From positions 23,707 to 77,648 of the forward strand of contig MQRK01241630.1 of assembly GCA_001938485.1 (NCBI GenBank): a stretch of DNA of 53,942 nt. The letters run 5' to 3'. Position numbers and translations under genes: made by a program. This stretch comes from Girardia tigrina. Lineage: Eukaryota. Positions within the stretch are counted from its first letter, which is position 1; every line of letters begins with the position of its first letter. The notes under the pieces are model-generated. The model was not told the origin of the DNA and did no database searches. It saw only the letters and a program-made list of their open reading frames with translations. Shown in pieces: positions 37,940 to 48,478 of the stretch.

Positions 37940-40817
37940 GTACTATTCATAGTTCAGACCCTGTAGTAGCTGATTTACGCTATATTGTACAGTGCCGAGT
38001 GAACCACAGGGATAAGAGGCAGTTGATTACCATTGTGCAGAAGAACTGTCGATTAAGAGGAGCCAATCCTGAGGATTACAGAGTATCCCAATTGCATTAA
38101 ATAAACTTCTGACATAATGACAGTAGCAAAGATCATCATGACGAGTGAAAATATGGAAAATGTCTGATGCCGTAATTTTTGACTTGTAACTTGCACTCTG
38201 TCATCTAACAAATTCCACTGTTTCAGTCGTAATGTCAAAATTTTGACTTTAACTTTATAGAGACCAAGATCATTGAGGTCATCTTTGTTAGAAAAGTATG
38301 GTGTTCTTTCATCACGAGAAAACATCAGCCACTGTCTGAGCTGGTGTTTGCGGTAAACACCTCCATTTTCTGACTTGACATAGGAATGGGAAGGTCAGAA
38401 GAATGTGTAACTGCATTTTTCCGGAACGTCGTTTTGTTAGATCCAGCATAAATGTTGTGTAGATGATCCGTCGGTTTTCTCCAAATTCTCGGTACCACAA
38501 ACTTAACGTTTCTCATGTTTCTCCGGTACCAACCTTCGAGAGTGTTTTTACAGCAGTTACAACTACAGTGAGGAGCCCTGGATTTGTCTTGGTCTCTAAC
38601 TAGCATACAAAGTAAGCATTATATGCTGCATTGAAAAATGTAGTGCATTCATTGTTGTCGAAAGAGTTAATTCAATGTTGTGAAAGAGTTCATTTTTGCA
38701 CGTTTCTTGATAAACTCACCGCAAACATAGCAAAAATCATCCACTGGGTATTTATATCCACTCGAATTCATGTTAGAATAAAAATAAAATTAAATACTAA
38801 TTTATTTAAAAATATAAAAAACCACAAAATTAGGAACAATGTATTTATAGGATATCACTAATATAATTAATCTATAATGTAAGACAAAGACAAAATTAGC
38901 AGCAACATATACATAAGATATACACATATACAATAGTATTCAATGACGTATTAAATCTTTTTTCTCCTACTTTTTACACTTATATAGTACAAAATCCATT
39001 CAAAACAGACCATGCGAAAATCTGGGCGAATATTGTCGACAAGACAATTAAATATAACTTCCAGTGCACAGACTTTTGCACACTACTGTATACAAAATGT
39101 TACACCGTACTGAAAAAAACAAACTTTTGACTCACAAATTAATTGTTACTAGTTACATTTAACCCTAGAAACATGGAAATGACATTGATTTGTTGAATAC
39201 AAAAAATATTTTGTTTCGTCTAGTGTTATCATTGTATAAAGATATCTGTTGTGACGGTAAAACTAAATAAAAACAAATCACGATAAAATTTATTATAGAA
39301 ACACGCTTCTGTCCAATCGTCATCGCTCGCTTTAATTTTCAAACTTTCCCTAAAATCTGCAATTTTAAAGCAAATTTACTCACTCTCCTCAACAATATCT
39401 AACTACGAAAGATTTGTTGATTCCTGGTGGCAATTAGAGTTGTGATGTCAATAAAAGTATTGAAAATCGTATTACTGTTCTTAATAATACATAAGTACAA
39501 TTTTTGTTTAATTTACTTCCCTTTATTCACTTATCTTTGGAAAAAGGTTCTTGTTATACACAAAGTTTTACGGTATTCAAATAATCAAAATCGACCAACG
39601 AAAGAGATTTTTAGATTCTGCTTTCACAACAAGTAAATCAAAATTTTCGAATAGTTACAGGATACCTATATTTTTTGGATTAATCTACTATTTTCAATTA
39701 GTCTTCTCCTAAGTGTACGTAATTAAAATAAAACATCGATGAAGTTTAACAAGTGATCACAAAAAGTTCTTATAAGTTCTTATAATGAACTTAGAGCAAA
39801 ACATGCAGTGCCAGGCCTTAAATTGTGTGTTATTTGTAAATATTTAAAATTATATTTTGCTTTATTATTTATATAACTAAATAGCTTACAGTACCAAGTA
39901 TTTTTTACATTAAAAAATTCTTTAGTAGACCGAAAGGATCAATCTAGTCAAAGATCAAACATGATACTTGCAATCTCTGATATAAACCATAGTTTGATTT
40001 CAAATCTTACCAAGGAAAAAATGAATTATTTTTGGACAGCCTAATATTTGTACAACGAGTTTAGGAATTATAAAAAATAGGAAAGATTTTTCTCTAAGTC
40101 TTAACAAAAGTAACTCACTCAGTGATTACTCACGTATCCCCTCTTTAGATTCTTGGGCTGTCTACATAATCTGAAAATATAATCTGTAATTATAATCTAA
40201 TTTAAACTGTAGTTTAATACATTCGAAATAAAAGAAAATTGAACTAAACGATTCTATTCTAAGTATGAAAATTAGAGAGGGTAATTAGATCGTCGTTGAG
40301 GGGCGACTGGAAGTCGTCTCGGTCAAGTGAATTAAGTCACTCGATCGAATCATCAAGTTTGTTGATTAAATAAAAAATAAATTACGACACTTAAAATTAT
40401 TTCCCCAATTTTATCAGATAAAAGCATTTAATCAAATTTGTTAAGTAAAAACATCTTCAATTAGTATCCTTCGTAAATTACTTTTAATCCTTTAATTTTG
40501 TTACCGTCCATTATCCTTCGAAGGAGAGGAAATTCAAGAAGGCCTAATGTATATTATTAAACACGATTTCACAATTAACGATTTGTGTTTTCCTAGAAAT
40601 TACATTTGACAATCATTACTAGTTTTACACATTAATAATTTTACATTTTTCTTTTCATCATCATGAGTTTTACACCTGGATTCCTTTAAAATGCATTTTA
40701 TCTAATACCTATGTAAATATTATAACTATTCTTTGATATTGATATCTTTGAATTATTCTTTGATCATACAAAAATTTTATTGTTTTATCAATGTAAAAAT
40801 CATCACAATTTTATTTT

Positions 40818-40895
40818 TGTGAGGAATATTTTCGAATGGTGTTTACTGTATGTTGTTTTAAGAATTGTGTTTCTCTCACCCAAATGGAAAACTTT
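40818..40895 (+). repeat. Truncated 5' end of a TGTGAGG-family element
   Basis: TGTGAGGAATATTTTCGAATGGTGTTTA...CTCTCACCCAAATGGAAAA, close to the 35612 copy. Confidence 0.7.
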
Positions 40896-41759
40896 GAAAC
40901 GTAAATAACAACTTTAAAATGAAATTTTGTCAAAAGTCTTACTGAAATTTGTCGAGCAATAATTATTTAGAAATTTTATTTAACATTAGTTGCTGATCAT
41001 TTGAAATTTCGTCAAACTTGGATTTATTAAAGAAAATTTATCAAACTGTTATTTTTGAATTTTGAATCTAATTTTAATGAATCAAATATAAAAAAAATAC
41101 TATTCAATGAGCGAACATTTAATCTCCACAATAAAATGGGCTCACCACGAACACAGAATCCCAGACTTTCAAATCTGACACTGCCACTCTATTGTTACCG
41201 CTTCCTAGTCTTCGGAGCAACCTGGGTATCGGGCGGAACTAACGGATAATTTTTTAACTATTTGTATTGTCCACAATGCAATAATATAAATCAATCTAAA
41301 AATCAGTCATTAAATACGAGTTCCCGTTTCATCTACTGATTTGAGTCAAAGAAACAAAAAATAAATAAAACAAAACTTCATACAGCACACTCATTGAAAT
41401 TCAGAATATATTAGGGGTATATCCAATTCTTACAACTGTCGTAGTCTGATTCATATATGGATTATCATGTTCATTCGAATCACAAATTCGGGCGTTTAAA
41501 ATTAATTGACCGTCTTGTTAATAATAAAAGATAAAAAGATCAATAGAAAAATTTAATTAATAAAAAACTGCCACATAATCACTTTATTATTTTATAAGTA
41601 CGATTTGGTATTTTAAATTATAAAAGGATGAGAGCTGATTTATTAGGCAATCATAAATTGGTTTATGATTCTGTGATTTAAAAAAATATATTGATTGTGA
41701 ACGATAGTTTAAATGAAATCCGACAGATTTAAAACAAGATTATTAGCATTTACGACAAA

Positions 41760-43010
41760 AAAACTGGGCAAAAAAAGCACAGTGAGAATGGCTACCCAAA
41801 GATAAAAGAAATGAATTAGTAACAGACACAAACATTGTTATATCATGCATGAGCGGAAAATTTTACCATTATTTAAAGGATAAATTTGGCATGGAAGACA
41901 AACTCAAAACGCTGAAATAAGTAGTAGAAGACACGTTGAAAACTAAAATAGAGAAAATCAAGATAACATCATTTGAACCGTTTGAGAAAGTTTACATCGA
42001 TATATGCGACCCATGGAGAGAGATAATAAAAAAAGAAAGATATATAATGGCCATGATTGATCATTTCAGCAAATATATCATTTTAACAGCGATCAAAAGA
42101 CCATATAAACAGATGATTATGCAAATGATTTTGACAAATTGAAAATTAAAATTGGAGACCAAAATAAAAACTATTAAATTCAACTAAAATTTAGAAAAAT
42201 AATTAATTCAAGTAAATTTTAGAAAAATTCAAATAAAATTTAGAAAAATTAAAAAATTCTTGTAAAATTTTATAAAAATTATTATCCAAAATTATTCAAA
42301 TGAACATGATAAACTTAAATATTTACGAACATTTGCTAATTTGCAGAAAAATATATTGTGATTGCTGAAAATTGGCTTTGTTATGATTAAAATACAATAA
42401 AAACTAATTACTATTTTCTTCTTATTTTTATTTTTGTATTATAAAAAATGTCTAAGCAGAAAAATAAAATGTCTGGTAAAAGTAATTATGTAATTTTTTT
42501 GTGGTCTCAATCGTGCAAAAAAATCAATTAATTATGATTATGTTCATTTATTATTAGAGTTTATTTAAAATATTTACTAATTACTAAAATGTCTCTGAAA
42601 CTATTTCATTTTCAAAAATTTAATAGAATTTTTGTATTTTCTACATTTAACTTGAAATTAATAATTTTTCTAAATTTTATTTGAATTTTTCTAAAATTTA
42701 CTTGAATTAATTAGTTTTTCTAAGATTTCACTTGAATTTAATAATTTTATGTGGTCTCTTTTTCCACGGTCTCATTTTACCTGGTCTCTTTTCCTTTGTC
42801 TCTTTTTCCGTGGTCTCTTTTTTCTGGTCTCTTTTTTCCGGGAATCCTTGAAATTTGTTGCTCTCAAGGAAAAACATGTGAACTGTAGGAAAAGTTTTAA
42901 ATCACAGAAGGTACAAGAATTAATGATAAAACAATGTATTTGATTCGTGTTCTCTAGTCTGTACCACCATAATACTTATGGATTGATGGAATGACGATTC
43001 CGAACTATAT
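41760..43010 (+). mobile_element. Decayed Gypsy integrase interrupted by a MITE
   Basis: EPFEKVYIDIC...IDHFSKYI (41936-42142), resuming after 42850 as HVNCRKSFKS...FSSLYHHNT.GLME. Confidence 0.7.
42155..42848. mobile_element. Mutator-like MITE with long TIRs
   Basis: ~100-bp inverted arms (42155-42250 vs 42660-42757) and a terminal tandem array of ~15-bp GGTCTCTTTTTCC units ending GAATCC. Confidence 0.6.
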
Positions 43011-43992
43011 GCGATTATATTCAAGCAAGTTAAAAAGAAAGAAAAGAGACGAGTTTGGCAGATTTGAAATTTATTTACATGTGAAAAATAAATTTAAAGA
43101 CGGAACGTATTACTGTAGATTAAATGAGGGGATTATCAAACTTTTGTCTTGCCCCTTAAAGTTTTTAATTGATGCCAAAGATAAAATCTCCAATGAAGGA
43201 ATGGGTTGTGATAAAATAATATTTGATCTTCGTCAAATTTTAAAAATCAATATTACCAAAGTCGAAATTATTCTTCTGATCACTGGGATTCTCGCTACAT
43301 CCTACTCTCCACTATAAAAATATCTTTTTGAGAACATCTAAACCTCACCAGTGTTACTTCTCCGCAGCCATGGTCCAACTCTAACTTTGTGATTATTAAC
43401 CTTATTAACTTTTTTTATTATGTATATTAAGAATTTCCTAATATTTTAAAACTATATTTTATTTTTCTGAAAGTGAATATTATTAAGACATCACTTTATT
43501 TTCTAACTTGAATAATATTTGTCCAAACATTTTATCTTCTACAAATGGATTTTTACTAATCAAATATTACTGAAAGCTTTCATCAATCAAATTTATACGC
43601 TTTACTGACATAAATAAAGTTAGAATTCGTAATTAATCTTTCTTACTTTTACTTTCTAATATCAAAAATTAAATAAATGACGAAAATTTTATTAAGTACA
43701 AAATAAATGAAAACATTCAAAGAGTGTAACAAATGAATATTATTTCTCGAAATACATAATTCATAAATAACCTTCAAATGTTGAGGATAACAACAATGTT
43801 AATATGGCCAATTTGGTGCCCGAAGATTACATAAACGATTAAGATTATGGTTTAGTTCGCAAAATCGTTATATTTTGGATAAATTAAGGATATTGTTCTT
43901 CATTGTAAAGATATCAGAGAAAGAGAAGTTTAGTGACGATATTTAAAAAGCAAAATCAAAAATTATAATTAACTAAAAAAGAAAATGAATTT

Positions 43993-44475
43993 TCATAAAA
44001 ATATTATACATGTTTTTGTCCAATCCGTCTCGACTTTCCAATCACGAATTTTGGCCCTAAAGAGGGCCGTATGTATTTCGCAATTCTTAGAAGCCCTTGA
44101 GGAACCTCCGATGAAATAATCGGGTTGAAAGAATTTCCCAAGGTTCAAATTCAGTACATAATCGAGAGTGGTACTATTCAATTCAACCATGACGCTGATT
44201 GGCACACATTTTCCATGAATCCCAAAAGTAAAGTAAACGTAAATTCTCGGTAATTGCAAATCACTGTCGCCTTCGTAAATACCAGTGGTCGGTTTGATTC
44301 TGTGTTCATTAGTGATTATTTTCCAAAACATCGTTCCAATATTGTTTCCAGAACTTTAAAATATTCTCATTAATTCATACCATGGTTCATAAATGCATCC
44401 ACATGTCTTGATAAAATATTCCGCATTAAAAACATAGCCAAAAGGCAAAGTTATCTGTCCGTTTAAATTACGCAT
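43993..44475 (-). pseudogene. TUBB: Diverged beta-tubulin N-terminal fragment within a chimeric ORF
   Basis: SGNNIGTMFWKIITNEHRIKPTTGIYEGDSDLQLPRIYVYF...GKCVP..VMVEL...LGKFFQPDYFIGGSSRASKN aligns to beta-tubulin residues ~12-101 ([37 protein letters not shown]...FRPDNF). Flanked by unrelated coding-like sequence. Confidence 0.8.
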
Positions 44476-44612
44476 CCAATCTCAAAAAAATTAAAGAAAT
44501 CGATATTGATATATCTTTATTAGATATCAAAAACTATATAAAACTAATTCGTTAAAACAAACGAATTTCAATTGTAACAAATAAAAAATTATAAATATGA
44601 TATATATATAAC

Positions 44613-44645
<33 letters not shown>

Positions 44646-44883
44646 ACCCATTTTTATATATATATATAAAATTTTTTATTAACATTTTTTTTGATATATT
44701 TCCATTTTCATTTTTCACAATTTAAATGAGAATTTTAATTCATTCTGAAACAATACATAATAATTAAATATACTAAAATGATTACATAAATTATTTATAA
44801 TAACACAAAAACATTTTGTTTTAATTAATAAAAAAAATTTGGTGCTGGTTCAAAAAACAAGTTGTTCTTCAAATATATATTAA

Positions 44884-45125
44884 CCCATTAACGCCGAACG
44901 GGAACATTCGTGCCCAGCTAATAAAAATGGCTGTAAAAGTAAAGACATAGCATTTAGCTATGTTTCGTTGATAAGGTGTGTACTCTGAAGGTTCAGAACA
45001 CATACGGAACATGTTTTGTTTCTCTGTCACCAGGCATGCATGCGCAGTAGCCGGCTGAACTTGACCAAGAAAAGAGTGTATGTAACATTACATCATAATC
45101 ATCAATAATTCTCGGCATTAATGGG
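44884..45125. mobile_element. piggyBac-type MITE
   Basis: TTAA|CCCATTAACGCCGA ... TCGGCATTAATGGG|TTAA. Confidence 0.88.
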
Positions 45126-45926
45126 TTAATTTCATCTTTATTCATTAATTGGTTCTCAGTCCAAATGGATGACGAATGTCCAAAATGGAAAGTATTCGAA
45201 TGTCACTCGTTGGTGATTTGTGAATTGGAGACTAATAGCCCCACAAAATGGTGTTTGTTTAAATTATTGTCAATGACAATTTGTCATTTAACGTTGTTAA
45301 TTGTAGAAAATTATAATTTTTCAATTATTTGACATGTAAAAGTAGAAAAATAATTTATCAAGATTGTCATAATAATATGGATAATAAATATGTGATTCTA
45401 TAAACTAGTAAATATGCTAAAAACTTGTGTTTATAAAATGTAAAAAGACGACCTTATTTGAAGACGTAAATATAAAATAAAATGAACCTAAAATATTTGC
45501 AATTTATAATTTTATTATCGAATATCATTTTTTTATTTTTAATTTTGATAATAAAATTATTAATTTTTAGTAATGGTTAATACGTTTATCTATTTCATTT
45601 ACAATAAAATATGATTGCAAATGTAGTTTGGCTCACAAAAACTAAAAACGTTCTGTTATTTAAATGCTAAGTCAACATACTTTAAAGGACAAAAATTTTA
45701 AATTTCATTTTTTAATCCCTTGCACCTACATTAGTCTCTTGACACTGGTGTTCTTTGCATTTGAGATCATAATGATCTATACGCACAATTGTTTCATTGA
45801 AAAACCAAGATACTTCTGAATTTACAATCAAAATCATTCTCTTATTTTAAAAAAAGTATAAACATGCAAAATTTAGGCTACAAGCTCTCTAAATTTGGCA
45901 TCCATTGACATTCCTTCTGAAATTTA

Positions 45927-46298
45927 TTATCGATATCCATCTGGTGGAACCCTTGGCATAAGCATTTTTAAATTGGACAGGAACCCGTGTCTCTGCGATA
46001 TTTTAGAAAGAGAAGAATTGTTTTTCATTTTGCATGTCGGTTGAAAAGGGCTTTTCATTTTATTGAACAAAATATTCAGCGGAATCCCATATCGTTTACG
46101 CAATTCAAATGTGGCGATATCGCAACCGAGAAAATGATGACACGCATCTTTATCTGCCTGGAAAACTTCGAGTGATAGCGCATTCTTTATCGATGTTATG
46201 ATGAATTCAGGCACCAATTTTAAATTGGCTGAACAAATGACTTTGAGTTGTTCATCTTTATATTGGCTTTTAACTTCATGTCCGAATTTTTCCCACAT
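45927..46298 (-). CDS. Orphan ORF, 123 aa
   Basis: ATG in an AAAATG context with protein-like composition; no family recognised. Confidence 0.35.
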   Translation of the reverse strand: MWEKFGHEVKSQYKDEQLKVICSANLKLVPEFIITSIKNALSLEVFQADKDACHHFLGCDIATFELRKRYGIPLNILFNKMKSPFQPTCKMKNNSSLSKISQRHGFLSNLKMLMPRVPPDGYR

Positions 46299-47385
46299 TT
46301 TTATTATTTTTTTAAATTTATTTCCATATATTTAAATCGCCGTAAAATTATTTATTTAAATTGAATTAAGAGAACTCCTTTTTGAAAACTTTTATTTGAC
46401 ATTTAAATTGAAAATTGAAAATTTTTCACCATTTTTTTACAAACCTTTTTTTGACTTTTGATTGCAATTCACAATTAAAATTAACACACACACATAACAT
46501 ACACACCTTCAGTCAATCCCAGTTCATTTTTACATATCATACTTTAACACACACGCAACCCAGACACTCACACCTACACACATAAACATGAAACATACAC
46601 TTACCTAAATCAAATTACATAATTACATTAATCCATTGGCGGAGAGAAATAAAATAAAAATGAGGCTCACCATCGCTGATCTGTTTAATTATATAAATAT
46701 TATCGATTGATAATGTATTTTTTCACTTATAGATTATTGCCTCCTTTTACTCGGAAACATTATTTCACTCTCATTCGAACTATTAATTATTTATTTAAAT
46801 TATTTATTTTATTTATTAATTTTTATTTAATTTATTTATTTTATTTAATCATTTTTCCTAATTTAATCAATTATTTGTTCATTAATTATATATCTTATTT
46901 ATATTTACTGATACTGGCAAAAATGTTCGGTCAAATCAACAATTGTTGGGACTATTCATTGCACTGGCACCGAGGCAGGCGATGGAAAAACTCCCTAAAT
47001 ATAAAAAACAAAAAATAAAACATTATAATGATAATTTATAATTAATTAATTAAAAAATAGAAACTTTTAATTGGTTTTGACCCTTGGATCCTGTTGATTT
47101 GAATATTTTCTTGTGAGAATTTGATGGCCTGATTTGTTGACGTGGGTTTGATTGGAATTTTGGCCATCTCCGGGTTGTTTCTACCTGAGGACTATTGACT
47201 TAGTGATGGATGATTGAAGGTTGACTGTGAGAATTAACTGCTTGCTGGTTCTGTGAGTTTTTGTGACGAAAGATTGGTATAAATTCATCCGAATTTGTAC
47301 ACTTGATCAGACTTTTTTCTTTGAATAAATTTTATTTGAAAAGATTTGTTTTGTTCTTAGGTAATTTTTATTTTTTTTTTGAAAG

Positions 47386-47647
47386 TTGATGGAGGTTTGA
47401 GAGCACATCAAGGCTGCCGATCTGTCGATAGATAACGGTAGGGGCTTATAGTTCCTGCCGAGACTATTGACGATCAGGTAGGGAATATGAACAGGTTGTG
47501 AGGTAATTTGATGACTGCCGATCTGTTAATAGATTAACGGTAGGTGCTTATAGTGCCTGCCGAGACTATTGACGATCTGGAAGTTTGAGAAAGTCCTTGC
47601 CAAGTTTCATTTCTAGAAGAGAATTCGTTTCTCTCAGCCTCCACCAA
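47386..47647 (+). ncRNA. Structured RNA domain: two pre-miRNA-like hairpins enclosed by a long-range helix
   Basis: Hairpins at 47414-47481 and 47515-47583 share the identical 22-nt 3' arm CCTGCCGAGACTATTGACGATC and show pairing-preserving changes. 47386-47403 pairs with 47631-47647. Confidence 0.55.
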
Positions 47648-47700
47648 TTATTCTTTTTGTTCTTTTATTTTTTTTAATTCACTCATCGTCCTTATTCAGC

Positions 47701-48478
47701 ATGGATAGAACATATGAAACCAAAAAACAACACAGAGAACTGCTGCTGGAGTTGCAGAAGTGGAAAAGCGAATGTGACAAGCTGAATGATGAATTAACGA
47801 AGAGGACACCCGAATTTGAGGACTACAGAAAGAATTCCGTTCCTCTATCAATTCACAAAACCGGTTGTGGACAAATATTTGCTAGGACAACAAAAAATAA
47901 AATCTTTGCAAAACGAGGTCACCGAGATAAGAATTCAACAAAATATGTCTAACTACTACAAGAAAGTGATCGAAAAGGTTTCAGAAGAGCAAGCAGAAAT
48001 AATTATAGAAACGGCAAACAAAATCGGATCACATACAGAGAAGAAGCCTCTGGTGACGAACCCGAACATTTATGGGTCAATTATGAAAGAGGATATGACA
48101 TCATCTTCCTCTGGGGTGCTCAGCAGATCTCAGAAGCGGCGGGAGCAGAGGAAGCGAAAGGCTCAAATGTTTCAACAGGCCAAGAATGAGCTGCAAGCTA
48201 TTTTTAAAACCAGTCGTGTTGAGGCTGACGTCCAAGATGGAAAGACGATAATCAGAAATGACACCAGTCAAAGAGAGTCTCCTGATTTTGATACCTCGCA
48301 TCAAATTTCGCTGCTTTTTCCAACATATAAATTTCAAGAGACTATTGAACAACAAGAATGGCTGGACTTTAAGTCAAAACTTGAATTTCAGAAGGAGATT
48401 CGTGACTGTTTACAGTTCCGATCTATCACAACTGGTCAGGGTGAAGAATTTATCAATTTATCAGATTTGGATGATTAG
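47701..48478 (+). CDS. Orphan coiled-coil protein with an Arg/Lys-rich motif, split by a +1 frameshift
   Basis: ORFs 47701-47952 and 47816-48478 join at CACAAAACCG (~47853-47862) into ~258 aa: heptad-like N-terminus, RSQKRREQRKRK, acidic C-terminus. The ATG is preceded by a pyrimidine tract and CAG. Confidence 0.5.

Larger units (their letters stand above)
36013..39225 (-). mobile_element. Decayed Chapaev3 DNA transposon with both ends
   Basis: TTA|CACTG ... TAGTG|TTA (3-bp TSD, CAC termini). Minus-strand transposase remnants DDFCYVCGEF, DQDKSRAPH, RLKQWNLL, WEVI.NFKMVAFLMGL.GGFTK, RFHQD...MMGDYIWGLVR. Confidence 0.88.

Noticed and set aside
47163-47210. CTGAGGA flanked by stems as a hammerhead core
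   Set aside because: The required GAAA after stem II is absent (TGAT instead).
47631-47646. TGGTGGAG on minus as a tRNA-Ala primer-binding site
   Set aside because: Only an ~8-nt match and no adjacent recognisable LTR end; better explained as the 3' strand of the long-range helix.
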